Positions 9,474 through 22,222 of a stretch of 64,000 nt of DNA are shown here, piece after piece. The notes under the pieces are model-generated. The model saw only the letters and a program-made list of their open reading frames with translations, was not told the origin of the DNA and did not search any database. The position numbers were made by a program, and so were the translations under genes. The stretch is from Planctomycetota bacterium (GTDB taxonomy: Bacteria > Planctomycetota > UBA1135 > UBA2386): NCBI GenBank assembly GCA_046290465.1, contig JBKAGP010000001.1:1856001-1920000 (forward strand), in the 5' to 3' direction. Numbering within the stretch: the first letter of the stretch is position 1; each line of letters starts with the position of its first letter.

Positions 9474-10947
9474 TGGTCGACTGGTTGCCGTCGAACGTCA
9501 GCAGACGGCCCTTGCCGTCGATGATCGTCTCGATGTGCACCGGTCGCTTCCACATCGAATACAGCGACTTCAGCGTCATCTGTGCCTGATCGAGCTGCAG
9601 GTCCCCGCCGACCCAGTCGTGCACCAGGTAGAGCTCGCCGCGGTTGCGGAAGTTGCCGTCGACGACCTTGATGATCGGCTGGCCGAAGTTGGTCAGCGCG
9701 TCGAGCAGCTGCTTCTTCACCTTGGTGTAGTCGCGGTCGACGATCACGTACTGGCCGGTCTCGCGGTCCTGGCCGTAGACGAACATCTTCTGGTCCTCGG
9801 CGAACTCGGGCGTCACGAACTCGTCGATGAACGTGATGTCGTTGTAGATCCGGCGCACGTCAAAGATCTTCTTGCGGCCCTCGTTGGTCGGCCGGTTCCA
9901 GCGGCGGCGCTCCTCGGGATCGTCGCACTTGACGTATACGGCGCCGAAGCGGCCCTTGTTCCAGCGTTCCTCGATGTCGCGGAACAGCTCGACGCCCATC
10001 TTGTACGGGTTGATCTGTCCCGGCCGCGTCGCCAGCGTGCCGCTGTGCGTGTCGCAGTAGTGCACGACCTCGGACGCGTCGCACAGGTGCCGCGTCATCA
10101 TCGTCGAGTGCCAGTAGACGGCCCAGCCCTCGTTCATGATCTTGGTCATGCCCTGCGGCGCGAAGTAGTAGGCCTCCTCGCGCAGCATCGCCAGCACGTC
10201 CTGCTGCCAGGTCTCGAGCGGCGCCGCATCGAGCAGGAACTTGAGCACGTCGCGTTCGGGCCGCGCCGGGAACCGGTGCGCCTGCTCGCGCTTCTTCTGG
10301 ATCCGCTGCTGCTCCGCCTGGAGGTACTCCGGCGGATTGATGTAGCGGTCCATGTAGTCCTTCGCCTCGATCTTCTGCACCTCCTGCTGCGAGGAGTGCG
10401 CCCGCTCGCGAGCCTGCGCGCGCGCGTCGGTGCCGCGATCGATGTACGGCGAATAGGGATCGATCAGGTTGTCGAGCGAGTGCACCGCGTCGATGAAGTC
10501 CTCGACGACGCCCTGGCCGTGACGGTCCATGTAGCGGCGGATGCGCGAGCCGTGGTTGGCCAGCACGTCCATCATCTTTCGCGACGTGTGGCTGAACCAC
10601 GAGTTGTTCTTGAAGAAGTCGCAGTGGCCGTAGACGTGCGCCATCACCAGCTTCTGCTCGGTGATCGCGTTGCTGCGCATCAGGTAGGCGTAGCAGGGGT
10701 CGTTGTTGATGACGAGCTCGTAGATCTTGCTCAGCCCGTACTGGTAGCTCTTGCTGAGCTGCTCGTACTCCATCCCCCAGCGCCAGTGCGGATAGCGCAC
10801 CGGGAAGCCGCCGTAGCTGGCGATCATGTTGAGCTCGTCGTGGTCGACCAGCTCGTAGATGACCTCGTAGAAATCGAGGCCGTAGCTCTTGGCGAGTTCG
10901 CGCGTTTCGTCGCGGATCGCGGCGAGTTCTGGGGTCAGGTTGCCCAT
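9394..10947 (-). CDS. spoVR: SpoVR/YcgB family protein
   Basis: GFPVRYPHWRWG, YELVINNDPCYAYL, HVYGHCDFFKNN, TKIMNEGWA, NPYKMG. Confidence 0.93.
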   Translation of the reverse strand: MGNLTPELAAIRDETRELAKSYGLDFYEVIYELVDHDELNMIASYGGFPVRYPHWRWGMEYEQLSKSYQYGLSKIYELVINNDPCYAYLMRSNAITEQKLVMAHVYGHCDFFKNNSWFSHTSRKMMDVLANHGSRIRRYMDRHGQGVVEDFIDAVHSLDNLIDPYSPYIDRGTDARAQARERAHSSQQEVQKIEAKDYMDRYINPPEYLQAEQQRIQKKREQAHRFPARPERDVLKFLLDAAPLETWQQDVLAMLREEAYYFAPQGMTKIMNEGWAVYWHSTMMTRHLCDASEVVHYCDTHSGTLATRPGQINPYKMGVELFRDIEERWNKGRFGAVYVKCDDPEERRRWNRPTNEGRKKIFDVRRIYNDITFIDEFVTPEFAEDQKMFVYGQDRETGQYVIVDRDYTKVKKQLLDALTNFGQPIIKVVDGNFRNRGELYLVHDWVGGDLQLDQAQMTLKSLYSMWKRPVHIETIIDGKGRLLTFDGNQSTSEEIEASHPASGRVGSQKQNEADADA

Positions 10948-10966
10948 GTTCTGCCTCCTGTGACGT

Positions 10967-12079
10967 TCACCGGCCCTTGCCCAGGAACGCCTTGATGCTC
11001 GGCAGGATGCCTTCGCGGTCGAGGATGTCGGTCGTCACGACCTTGTCGTCGCCCTTGAAGGAGCCGTCGAGGTCCTTCTTGAACTGCCCCGAGCCGTAGG
11101 CCGACTTGACCTGCCCGTAGCAGAACTGGTTGCACATCGGCAGCAGCGAGTCCTTGAGCAGGCCGACGCAGTGCTCGGTATCGCGCGTGCTCCAGTTGTC
11201 GCCGTCGCTGAAATGGAACGGGTAGACGTTCCACTCGCTGGGCGGGTAGTGCTCGCGCATGATCTGCAGGCACAGCTCGTAGGCCGAGCTGATCTTGGTG
11301 CCGCCGCTCTCCCGCAGGTGGAAGAACGTGTGCTGGTCGACCTCGCTCGCCGCCGCGTCGTGCACGATGTAGCGCACCTCGAGGTTCTTGTATTGGTGCC
11401 GCAGCCAGGTGTCGATCCAGAACGCCTCGATGCGCACCATCTCCTTCTGCTCGCGCCCCATCGAGCCGGACACGTCCATCATGTAGATGACCGCGGCGCT
11501 GGCCTCGGGCTGCTTGCGCGTCTGCACCGAGCGGAAGCGCATGTCGTCCTTGATCGGCACGATCACCGGGTCGTCCGGGTCGTACGTGCCCGACGCGATC
11601 TGCCGCTTCAGCGCCTCCTTGAAGGTGCGCTTGAAGTGCCGCAGCGAGTTGGGGCCGACCTTGCTGATGCCGGTGTAGCGGCCCGCCTGCGTCTGCAGGT
11701 TCTTGTGGCCGCGCGGCTCGATGTTCGGCAGCTCGAGTTCGTCGCCGAGGATCTGCGCCAGGTCCTCGAGCGAGACGTCGACCTCGAGCTGGTGCTGGCC
11801 CGGATCCTCGCCGGCCTGTCCCTGGCCCTCGCCCTCCTGCTCCTGGCCCGGCACCGCCTGACCTTCTTCGCCCTCGCCCTGGCCGACGCCGTTGCCCTCG
11901 TTCTTGCCGAACCGGAAGCGCGGCAGGTTGATCTGCGGCAGCGGGATCGACACGAAGCGCTTGCCCTGCTTGCCGATCAGCTCGCCGGAGCTGACGAACT
12001 TCTTCAGGTCGCGCTTGATGCGGCCCTTCACGATGTGACGGAACCGCGTGTGGTCCTGGTCGATTCTGCGGGAGGTCAC
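10967..12079 (-). CDS. yeaH: YeaH/YhbH (DUF444) vWA-domain protein
   Basis: GTG start with GGAG upstream; [13 protein letters not shown] motif, [17 protein letters not shown]; lies between prkA and spoVR. Confidence 0.9.
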   Translation of the reverse strand: MTSRRIDQDHTRFRHIVKGRIKRDLKKFVSSGELIGKQGKRFVSIPLPQINLPRFRFGKNEGNGVGQGEGEEGQAVPGQEQEGEGQGQAGEDPGQHQLEVDVSLEDLAQILGDELELPNIEPRGHKNLQTQAGRYTGISKVGPNSLRHFKRTFKEALKRQIASGTYDPDDPVIVPIKDDMRFRSVQTRKQPEASAAVIYMMDVSGSMGREQKEMVRIEAFWIDTWLRHQYKNLEVRYIVHDAAASEVDQHTFFHLRESGGTKISSAYELCLQIMREHYPPSEWNVYPFHFSDGDNWSTRDTEHCVGLLKDSLLPMCNQFCYGQVKSAYGSGQFKKDLDGSFKGDDKVVTTDILDREGILPSIKAFLGKGR

Positions 12080-12090
12080 GGCGACTCCGT

Positions 12091-14118
<2,028 letters not shown>

Positions 14119-14229
14119 GCCTGCACCTTTTGGGTCGTGACTCGCGTCACCCATAGAGGAACTACCCATCGTATCGACGCTACCTACGGCCGACATGAAC
14201 GTTTTGATGCGCGGTGTTAGCCTGCGCGC

Positions 14230-15270
14230 ATGGCAAATCGCTCCACCCTCGCATTGTTCCTGGTCAGCGGCCTGACCCTCTCCGCATGTGGCGGGCCGTC
14301 GGGCCCCATCGATGGTGGCAAGGCCATGGCCCATGTCGAAGCCCTGGTGAAGATCGGTGCGCGTCCGTTCGGATCGGACAACCTGGCGAAGGCCACCGAC
14401 TACCTCGAAGGCGAACTGAAGAAGATCGGCCTGACTCCGCAGCGGCACGAAGAGATGCACGCCAAGGAGAAGAAGATGATCCGCAACCTCTACTGCATGA
14501 TCGAGGGCGAGGATCCGGCGGGCCCGATCCTGATGCTCGGCGCGCACTACGACACCAAGCTGACGACCGGCCACGCCGAGTGGACGCACGACAAGCCGTT
14601 CGTCGGGGCGATCGACGGCGGCGGCGCTCCGGCGGTGCTGATCGAGATCGCGCGCACGCTGAAGAACCGCGCCCAGAAGCCGAAGTGCAACGTGCTCTGC
14701 TACTGGATCGACGCCGAGGAGTCGATCGACTGGACCTGGAACGACGACCGCGCGCTGCTCGGCAGCCAGGCGTTCTACGGCCACCTGAAGGAGAACGGGC
14801 TGACCTCGCGCATCAAGGCGTTCGTGCTGCTCGACCTGATCGGCAGCAAGAACATGAAGATCGATCGCGACGGCAACTCGGCCACCGACCTGCTCGACCT
14901 GTTCGAGCAGGCCGCCAACGAGATGGGCGAAGGCGCGCGGATGTACGAGTTCCCGGGGGAGGCGGTGATCGCCGAGCTGGCCCGGCGCGGCCAGAAGTGG
15001 GGCACGACCGACGACCACCTGGTGTTCAAGAACCGCGGCATCCCGAGCGTGCTGCTGATCGACTTCTCCAAGCGCATCCCGCCCGAGAACCAGAACCTCA
15101 GGCCCGGCCAGCAGCCCGAGCCCAAGGACCCGCGCTACGAGCAGTGGTGGCACTCGCCGGACGACGACCTCGCCGCGATGGATCCGGACTCGCTCGCGTT
15201 CGCCGGCAACCTGGTGATGCAGGCGTTCCCGAAGCTCGAGGCGTTCGTCACCCGCAAGAAGGGTCGGTAA
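14230..15270 (+). CDS. M28-family lipoprotein, glutaminyl cyclase-like (copy 1)
   Basis: Lipobox LSAC; GAHYDTK, GAID, DAEE, LLDLIG, DDH, WWHSPDD. Confidence 0.85.
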   Translation: MANRSTLALFLVSGLTLSACGGPSGPIDGGKAMAHVEALVKIGARPFGSDNLAKATDYLEGELKKIGLTPQRHEEMHAKEKKMIRNLYCMIEGEDPAGPILMLGAHYDTKLTTGHAEWTHDKPFVGAIDGGGAPAVLIEIARTLKNRAQKPKCNVLCYWIDAEESIDWTWNDDRALLGSQAFYGHLKENGLTSRIKAFVLLDLIGSKNMKIDRDGNSATDLLDLFEQAANEMGEGARMYEFPGEAVIAELARRGQKWGTTDDHLVFKNRGIPSVLLIDFSKRIPPENQNLRPGQQPEPKDPRYEQWWHSPDDDLAAMDPDSLAFAGNLVMQAFPKLEAFVTRKKGR

Positions 15271-15277
15271 CGCGGCC

Positions 15278-16387
15278 ATGCGAACCCTCGTCGCGTTGGC
15301 GCTGTCGATCGCCGGGCTCGGCGCCTGCCTCGGTGCCTGCCTCGGCAGCGGGCTGCACGTGCAGGACCCCGCGCGCGACGGGGCGTCGCCGCAGCACCAG
15401 CGCCCCGAGGATCCCGCGGCGGGCAATCGAGCGGAGCAGGATCCAGAATCGACGGGACAGACCCCGATCGTGCGGCAGAAGCCGGCGATCGACCAGAGCA
15501 AGACGCTCGAGCTCGACGCCGTGCGCGCGCCCGAGGGTCTCGGCGGACGGGCGTTCGCGCATGCGCGCAAGCTGGTGTCGTTCGGCCCGCGCTACGCCGG
15601 CCAGCCCGGCTGGTCGAAGCAGCTCGACTACATCGTCGCCGAGCTGAAGGCGCACGGCATCGAGGCCCGCCGCGACACCTGGACCGACCGCAAGGAGCTG
15701 ATCACGTTCTCGAACGTGTCGGCGACGATCCCCGGCAAGCGCAAGCAGCGCATCGTGCTGGCGTGCCATCACGACACCAAGTGCACGACCGGCCACGAGG
15801 ATCCCGAACACAACTTCCACTTCGTCGGCGCCAACGACGGCGCCAGCGGCGTGGCGCTGCTGCTGGCGCTGGCGCCGGTGCTGCGGGCGCGCGCCAACCA
15901 GGCGACCATCGAGCTGGTGTTCTTCGACGGCGAGGAGAGCCTCGACTGGAACTGGAACGACGCCGCCCGCGCGCTGTTCGGCAGCAAGCGCTACGTGCGC
16001 CGGCACCGCGACGCGCTGCTGATGGGCGAGGAAGCGCGCATCGAGGCGGTCGTGCTGCTCGACATGGTCGGCCGCAGCGACCTGCACATCCAGGAGGAGC
16101 TCTACTCGACCGACCTGCTGCGACGGATCACCTGGTCCGCCGCGGTCGCGACCGGCCACCAGAAGCACTTCTTCCGCCGGGCCGAGGCCGCGGCCGACGA
16201 CCACAAGCCGTTCCTCGACGTCGGCATCCCGGCCGTCGACCTGATCGACCTCAACGGCAACCCCGACTGGCACACCAGGCACGACACGCTCGCCAACATG
16301 TCGGCCGACAGCCTGCACAAGGTCGCCGACGTCGTGCTGACGATGCTGCCCGCCGTCGAGCAGGCCTACGTGATCGCGCCGCGCTGA
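15278..16387 (+). CDS. M28-family exported protein, glutaminyl cyclase-like (copy 2)
   Basis: LGAC possible lipobox; [40 protein letters not shown]. Confidence 0.85.
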   Translation: MRTLVALALSIAGLGACLGACLGSGLHVQDPARDGASPQHQRPEDPAAGNRAEQDPESTGQTPIVRQKPAIDQSKTLELDAVRAPEGLGGRAFAHARKLVSFGPRYAGQPGWSKQLDYIVAELKAHGIEARRDTWTDRKELITFSNVSATIPGKRKQRIVLACHHDTKCTTGHEDPEHNFHFVGANDGASGVALLLALAPVLRARANQATIELVFFDGEESLDWNWNDAARALFGSKRYVRRHRDALLMGEEARIEAVVLLDMVGRSDLHIQEELYSTDLLRRITWSAAVATGHQKHFFRRAEAAADDHKPFLDVGIPAVDLIDLNGNPDWHTRHDTLANMSADSLHKVADVVLTMLPAVEQAYVIAPR

Positions 16388-16399
16388 GGCCGCGGCACC

Positions 16400-17146
16400 T
16401 CAGCCCTTCGCGCGGCCGTGCCAGTCGACCGCGCCCGACCGCACGAAGCCGAGCTTGTCGTAGAGTCCCTGCCCCATCGCCGACGCCTGCAGCGCGGCGT
16501 GGCGCAGGCCGCGCCACTCGGCTTCGCGCAGCAGCCGCAGCATGACGGCGCCGGCGACGCCGGTGCGCCGCGCCTCCGGCAGGACGCCGAGCATGTGCAG
16601 GCCGGCGACCTCGCCGGTCTCGAACAGCAGGCCGGTACCGACCGGTCGTTCGCCGCGTCGTGCCAGCACCAGCCACGCCTCGTGGTGCTCGACCAGCCGC
16701 GCCACCGCTGCAGGGTCGACCTCGTAGCCGAACGAACGGCCCGCGACCTGCGACCAGGTGACGACGTCGCGCTTGCCGTCGTCGAACTGCAGCTCGACGT
16801 CGGCCACGGCGAGCCAGCGGATCGCGGCGATGTCGGCGTCCATGACGACGGTGCTGGTGCGCAGCGGGACCCCGGCCGCCGCGAGCGCCGCGGCGAGCGG
16901 GTCGCCCCGCGCCTGGTCGGCATCGTCGCGCCACACCGGCACGACGCACGGCGCCTGCGCCTCCTGCTCGACCAGCGAACGGACCTGCGCGGGCGACGGC
17001 CAGAGCCCCGGCTCGAACCACAGCCGATGCGGCCACGACCGCGAACGCGCCGCCTCGCCGGCCTCGGCCAGCGGCAGCGGTTCTGCCCCGAGCGCCCGCC
17101 AGAACGCCGTCAGGTTGGCGAGGTTGGCGACGAAGGACTGCCCCAT
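16400..17146 (-). CDS. GNAT acetyltransferase
   Basis: LGVLPEARRTGVA acetyl-CoA motif; LYDKLGF. Confidence 0.85.
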   Translation of the reverse strand: MGQSFVANLANLTAFWRALGAEPLPLAEAGEAARSRSWPHRLWFEPGLWPSPAQVRSLVEQEAQAPCVVPVWRDDADQARGDPLAAALAAAGVPLRTSTVVMDADIAAIRWLAVADVELQFDDGKRDVVTWSQVAGRSFGYEVDPAAVARLVEHHEAWLVLARRGERPVGTGLLFETGEVAGLHMLGVLPEARRTGVAGAVMLRLLREAEWRGLRHAALQASAMGQGLYDKLGFVRSGAVDWHGRAKG

Positions 17147-17598
17147 CACGCCGCCCCCTGGGGCCGCTGCACCAGGAACGCCCCGAGCAGCAGCGCACCG
17201 GCGCCGACGGCGCGGGTCGCGGTGATCGGCGTGCGCGGCAGCCCGAACCAGCCGAGATGGCCGGCGACCAGCGCCACCAGCAGCTGGCCGGCGAGCGCCA
17301 GCGACACCGTCGGGCCGATGCCGATCTTCGGGATCAGCCAGTAGATCGACACCAGCGCCAGCGTCCCGAGCAGGCCGCCGGCACACCAGAGCTGCAGCGG
17401 CACCGCGGCCAGGCCGCGCGGCGGTGCGACCAACCGCGCGTAGACCAGCGCGACCGTCGCCACCAGCACGAAGCCGACCCCGAACGCGACCGTCGTCGCG
17501 TAGAGCGGCGAGCCGAGCAACTGCCCGAGTCGCGCGTTCATCGTGGCCTGCACGGCGATCGCGCCGCCGGAGAGGAGCGCGAGCAAGAAGATCATCAT
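17146..17598 (-). CDS. DMT-family small transporter (YdcZ/DUF606-like)
   Basis: AIAVQATMNARLG, WCAGGLLG, LAGQLL..HLGWFG. Confidence 0.8.
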   Translation of the reverse strand: MMIFLLALLSGGAIAVQATMNARLGQLLGSPLYATTVAFGVGFVLVATVALVYARLVAPPRGLAAVPLQLWCAGGLLGTLALVSIYWLIPKIGIGPTVSLALAGQLLVALVAGHLGWFGLPRTPITATRAVGAGALLLGAFLVQRPQGAA

Positions 17599-17673
17599 GC
17601 CGCCGACGCTACGGATCCCGCCGCCCCCGCTCCTCGACACATGTCGAGCGCGCGGCCGATTTGCGGCGGCGAT

Positions 17674-18288
17674 TCAGGCATCGCGCTCGGCCCGTCGGAT
17701 CCGGCTGAGCTGGGTCGGCGTGACGCCGAGATGGCTGGCGACGTGGAACAGCGGCAACCGCGCCGCCAGCCGCGGCGACTCTTCGCGGAACCGCCGGTAG
17801 CGCACCGCGGCCTCCTCCTGCACCAGCGAGAACTCGCGCGGCTCCTTCTTCAGCAGCCAGTTGCGCTCCAGGTAGCGGATCTGGAACCACATCAGGTCGC
17901 GCCGCTCGGCGAGCACCGCGCGGTAGCCGGCGAAGTCGAACGACAGCACTCGGCTCGGTTCGAGCGCCTGGATCGAGACGTCGGCCGGTTCGCCCCGCAG
18001 CAGCGCCGCGATCGGTCCCGGGAACGTGCCCTCGTCGAAGAAGATCTTGTTGTAGTCGTTGCCGTCGACGTCGCGCACGAAGTAGCGCAGCAGCCCCGCC
18101 AGCACGAAGCCGAACTCGGAGACCCGGTCCCCCTGCCGGCAGTAGAACCCGTCCTTGTCGACCTCCACCACGCGGGCGCAGTCGAGCAGCAACGACAGGG
18201 TCTCGTCTTCGATCGGCGCGTAGGCCTGCATCGCATCGCGCAACGCGCTGGCCGCCTGCGCCGAGGGCCGGGATCGCTGGACACCCAT
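17674..18288 (-). CDS. Crp/Fnr family transcriptional regulator
   Basis: cNMP-like domain (GLLRYF, IQALEPS) and HTH VASHLGVTPTQLSRIR. Confidence 0.85.
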   Translation of the reverse strand: MGVQRSRPSAQAASALRDAMQAYAPIEDETLSLLLDCARVVEVDKDGFYCRQGDRVSEFGFVLAGLLRYFVRDVDGNDYNKIFFDEGTFPGPIAALLRGEPADVSIQALEPSRVLSFDFAGYRAVLAERRDLMWFQIRYLERNWLLKKEPREFSLVQEEAAVRYRRFREESPRLAARLPLFHVASHLGVTPTQLSRIRRAERDA

Positions 18289-18378
18289 GGCGGTACCACA
18301 GCCGGCGCGCACCGCGAGGTCAAGCCGGCCGAACGGCTCGCCGTTGTGCCGCTGGGCCGACGGGCTATGGTCGCGCGC

Positions 18379-19167
18379 ATGCCAGTCGTCGAGCGCCACG
18401 GCCGCCAGATCCACCACTCCCGCGACGGCGACGGACCGGGCATCGTGCTCGTGCCGGGCCTCGGCTCCGGCGCGCGGCTGTTCGGCACGCTGCCGCGACG
18501 GTTCGTGCGCAACGGCTTCACCTGCGCCGCGATCGACCCGGTCGGCCTGGAGCCGTCGAGCCCGCTGCCCGGCGGCGTCTACGACTTCCCCCAGGCCGCA
18601 CACGACGTGCTGGCGGTCGCCGCGACGTTGCCGCCGCCGGTCACGCTGGTGGGCACGTCGCTCGGTGGCAAGGTCGCGCTGTGCGCCGCCGCGATGCAGA
18701 GCGAGCACGCCCACAAGCTGGTGATGCTGTGCAGCTCCGCGCTGCAGACCGCGCGCAGCAAGCGCGTCTACCGCTGGTTCGAGCTCTTGTGCACCGAGAT
18801 CGACGGCCGGCACCTCGGCGAACTGACCGCGCCGTTCCTGTTCGGCGAGACGTTCCTCAACGAGAAGTCCGGCGTCGTCGACGACATCATCCGCAGCACC
18901 CGACCGAGCACCGAGTCGCGCGCGTTCATGCAGGCGCAGGCGCGCGCGCTGCAGGCCTTCGACGGCGCGGCGCTGTGCGCGAAGGTCACGGTGCCGACGC
19001 TGTGCCTGGCCGGCGCCGAGGACACGCTGACGCTGCCGCGTGAGGTCGAGGCCACCGTGGCGCTGCTGCCCGATGCCGAGCACGAGCGCTTCGAGCACGC
19101 CGGCCACAGCCTGCTGCTCGAGAGCGCCGCGGCGTTCGAACGGGTGGCCGCGTTCGCCCGCGCCTGA
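18379..19167 (+). CDS. Alpha/beta hydrolase
   Basis: GTSLGG nucleophile elbow; GAED and AGH triad motifs. Confidence 0.85.
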   Translation: MPVVERHGRQIHHSRDGDGPGIVLVPGLGSGARLFGTLPRRFVRNGFTCAAIDPVGLEPSSPLPGGVYDFPQAAHDVLAVAATLPPPVTLVGTSLGGKVALCAAAMQSEHAHKLVMLCSSALQTARSKRVYRWFELLCTEIDGRHLGELTAPFLFGETFLNEKSGVVDDIIRSTRPSTESRAFMQAQARALQAFDGAALCAKVTVPTLCLAGAEDTLTLPREVEATVALLPDAEHERFEHAGHSLLLESAAAFERVAAFARA

Positions 19168-19233
19168 GCCGCCTTCACCGAAACCCCATGCGGGGTTCAC
19201 CGGGGATCGCCGTGGGCGCGCACGCTCGCGCAC

Positions 19234-20499
19234 TTGGCCCAGCACCGACTCGTCCCCACGGCGATCGCGACCGCCGCCGCGTTCGGCACCTACTTCGCGA
19301 TGTACGGCTTCCGCAAGCCGTTCACCGCCGCCACCTACGACGGCGAGACGGTGTTCGGTGCCGACCTCAAGACCGTGCTGGTGACCGCGCAGGTGCTCGG
19401 CTACACGGTCTCCAAGTTCGTCGGCATCCGGGTCGTCTCGCAGCTGCCCGCACCGCGTCGCGCGACCTGCCTGCTGCTGCTGGTCGGCTTTGCCGAACTG
19501 GCGCTGCTCGGCTTCGCGCTGGTGCCGGCGCCGTGGAACGCGCTGTGCCTGTTCGCCAACGGCCTGCCGCTCGGCATGGTGTTCGGCCTGGTGCTCGGGT
19601 TCCTCGAGGGCCGCCGCCTGACCGAGGCGATGACCGCCGGTCTGTGCGCCAGCTTCATCCTCGCCAGCGGCGTGGTGAAGTCGGTCGGCGCCTTGCTGCT
19701 GGCGCAGGGCGTGCCTGAGGCATGGATGCCGGTCGCGGCCGGCGCGGTGTTCGCGCTGCCGCTGGTCGGCTGCGTGCTGCTGCTCGAACGGGTCCCGCCG
19801 CCCGACGCGGCCGACGTCGCGGCCCGCCGCGAACGCGCGCCGATGACCGCCGCCGACCGCCGACGGTTCTTCCGCCGGCACGGCATCGGCCTGTCGCTGC
19901 TGGTGTTCGCCTACCTGCTGCTGACCGTGCTGCGCAGCCTGCGCGACGACTTCGCGCCGGAGCTGTGGCGCGCGCTCGGACGGGACGCGGTGCCGGCGGA
20001 GTTCGCCCAGACGGAACTGCTGGTCGCCGGCGCCGTGCTGGCCGCCACCGCCGCCACCGTGTTCGTGCGCGACAACCGCCGCGCGTTCGCCGCCGCGATC
20101 GGCACCGCGACGCTCGGCCTGCTGGCGGTCGCCGGGCTGCTGTCGTTCGACGGCCTCGACCGTGCGCCGTTCGCCTACATGACCCTGCTCGGGGTCGGCC
20201 TGTACGTGCCGTACGTGGTCGTGCACACGACCGTGTTCGAACGGCTGGTCGCGATGACCGACGACAAGGGCAACCTCGGCTTCCTGATGTACCTGGCCGA
20301 CGCGTTCGGCTACCTCGGCTACGTCGGCGTCATGTTCGGCGGCGCCACGCTGCGCGGCGACGGCGACCTGCTGCCGCGCTTCGAGGCGATCGCGTGGACC
20401 GTGGTGGTCGCCGGCATCGCATCGTTCGTGCTCGGCGGTGCCTGGCTGCTGTGGCGCACCGGCGGCGATCGCGCCGGTTGGCGCGCGCGGCGCGGCTAG
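19234..20499 (+). CDS. DUF5690-family MFS-like transporter (phosphonate-cluster associated)
   Basis: YFAMYGFRKPF, QVLGYTVSKFVG, FLEGRR, GNLGFLMYLADAFGYLG; TTG start. Confidence 0.75.
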   Translation: MAQHRLVPTAIATAAAFGTYFAMYGFRKPFTAATYDGETVFGADLKTVLVTAQVLGYTVSKFVGIRVVSQLPAPRRATCLLLLVGFAELALLGFALVPAPWNALCLFANGLPLGMVFGLVLGFLEGRRLTEAMTAGLCASFILASGVVKSVGALLLAQGVPEAWMPVAAGAVFALPLVGCVLLLERVPPPDAADVAARRERAPMTAADRRRFFRRHGIGLSLLVFAYLLLTVLRSLRDDFAPELWRALGRDAVPAEFAQTELLVAGAVLAATAATVFVRDNRRAFAAAIGTATLGLLAVAGLLSFDGLDRAPFAYMTLLGVGLYVPYVVVHTTVFERLVAMTDDKGNLGFLMYLADAFGYLGYVGVMFGGATLRGDGDLLPRFEAIAWTVVVAGIASFVLGGAWLLWRTGGDRAGWRARRG

Positions 20500-21074
20500 T
20501 CCCGATCGACGAGGCAGGTCGCCGCGACCTTCAGGAAGTGCGAGAGCGGCGGTGTCCAGCGGTTGGGCTGCTTGCCGGCGTCGTCCCAGCGCCGCACCCG
20601 GATCGCCGAGGCGGCGTGCGGGCGCCGGCCGAACGCGGTCGCCTCGGCCGGATCCATCGGGCCGCCCTGCAACCGCAGCGTCGCCTGCGACTGTGGCGAC
20701 AGGTCTCGGTGGTAGACCGGGTCGACGTGGCACAGGTAGCGCTTGGCCTGCACGTGCAGCGCGATCGGGCGGGTGACCTCGTCACCGAACCAGGCGCCGA
20801 GGTAGCTGGCGCCGATCGCTTCGTGGCGATCGTCGACACCGTCGTCGAACGCCTGCTGCGCATCGCGATGCAGCAGGTGGCCGACGTCGTGCAGCAAGGC
20901 CGCGGTGACCAGCGCGTCCGAGGCCTCCTCCTGCTCTGCCAGCGCGGCGCACTGCAGCGCGTGCTGCAGCTGCGTGACCGACTCGCCGTAGACGTGACGA
21001 CCGCGGCGATCGAACAGCTCGGCCAGCATCCGCAACCGCCCTTCCTGCAACTCCAACCCGTATGCCTTGCTCAT
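20496..21074 (-). CDS. HD-domain phosphonate oxygenase-like protein (PhnZ/TIGR03276-like)
   Basis: YGESVTQLQHALQCA, LLHDVGH, HE, HVQAKRYL, WDDAGK; ATGA overlap with the upstream gene. Confidence 0.85.
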   Translation of the reverse strand: MSKAYGLELQEGRLRMLAELFDRRGRHVYGESVTQLQHALQCAALAEQEEASDALVTAALLHDVGHLLHRDAQQAFDDGVDDRHEAIGASYLGAWFGDEVTRPIALHVQAKRYLCHVDPVYHRDLSPQSQATLRLQGGPMDPAEATAFGRRPHAASAIRVRRWDDAGKQPNRWTPPLSHFLKVAATCLVDRD

Positions 21075-22222
21075 CGACTCCCCCACCGCTTCAGGGCCTG
21101 CTCACTCAGGGTCTGCTCACCAAGGGCCAGCGAACGCGTCATCCCGGACCCGCCCACTCCGGTCACCACCTCGACACCTGGCATCGGACGGGCGCGGAAG
21201 ACCGACTCGCCGCCGCACCGCCTGGCGTAGCTGCCCGACCAGCGCCGCGCGACCCGCGCGTCGGCCGGCCGGAAGAACGTCGACAGGTAGTCGAGGATCA
21301 GCCGCTCGGTCTCGACGTCGAGGCCGGGCGCGAACGGTGGCTGGTAGTCGTGCGAGTCGCCGATGATCAGGCGGCCGTCGTCGCCCTGCGACACCATCAC
21401 GTGGATGCCGCGCGCACGGTGTGCGGCGAACTCCGCGTCGATCCGCTGGCGCAGCGCCGGCAGCGACGCGCAGTTCGCGAACGCGTCGTAGTGCAGCAGC
21501 GTCAGCCCCGCGGCGAGCATCGGCCCGAGGTCGAAGCCGTGCTGCGGCGGCGCCAGCGAAGCCATCTGCAGCTTGCAGCGGACCAGGTCCGACGACGCGT
21601 AGACGTCGGGCAGCAGCGACGCGAAGTCGTCGCCGGTGCAGATCACGATCCGTTCGGCCTGCAGCGACGCTCCGTCGGCGAACGTCGCACGATGCGGTTC
21701 GACCGCGACCACCGGGCGTTGGTAGTGCACCGCCACGCCCTGCCGCAGCAGCCACGCATGCATCGAGCGCACCGCCACCCCCGGGTCGACGTTGGCCTCG
21801 TGCGGGCTGAACAGCGCGCCGCGCAGACCGTCTTCGACCACTGCCGGCTGCAGCGCGCCCACCTCCTCGGGCGTCAGCAGTTGCAGCCCGGGCAGCTGGC
21901 CCTGCTCGGCGAACTCCTCCAGCACGCGCCACTCGTCGTCGTGGTAGGCGAGGTGCAGCGAGCCGCTGGCCCGGCAGCGGAAGCCCGCCTCGTCGGCCAG
22001 CTCGCCCCACAGCACCCGGCTGCGCATCGCCACGTCGAGGTCCGGCCCGGCCGGCTGGCCGATCGGCCACACCATGCCGAAGTTGCGCACCGACGCGCCG
22101 CGCGCCACGGCGTGGCGTTCGCAGAGCGTGACGGATCGCCCCGCACGCAGCGCGGCGATCGCGTGGCCGAGGCCGAGCACGCCACCGCCGACCACCAGCA
22201 CGTCGGTCGAGCGCTCAGCCAT
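21071..22222 (-). CDS. FAD-dependent oxidoreductase (TIGR03364-like, DAO family)
   Basis: VVGGGVLG, GASVRNFGMVWPIGQ, IIGDSH, GGSGMT. Confidence 0.88.
   Translation of the reverse strand: MAERSTDVLVVGGGVLGLGHAIAALRAGRSVTLCERHAVARGASVRNFGMVWPIGQPAGPDLDVAMRSRVLWGELADEAGFRCRASGSLHLAYHDDEWRVLEEFAEQGQLPGLQLLTPEEVGALQPAVVEDGLRGALFSPHEANVDPGVAVRSMHAWLLRQGVAVHYQRPVVAVEPHRATFADGASLQAERIVICTGDDFASLLPDVYASSDLVRCKLQMASLAPPQHGFDLGPMLAAGLTLLHYDAFANCASLPALRQRIDAEFAAHRARGIHVMVSQGDDGRLIIGDSHDYQPPFAPGLDVETERLILDYLSTFFRPADARVARRWSGSYARRCGGESVFRARPMPGVEVVTGVGGSGMTRSLALGEQTLSEQALKRWGSR

Noticed and set aside
9394..10947. Sporulation locus
   Set aside because: SpoVR/PrkA are widespread in non-sporulating bacteria, and no other sporulation genes are present.
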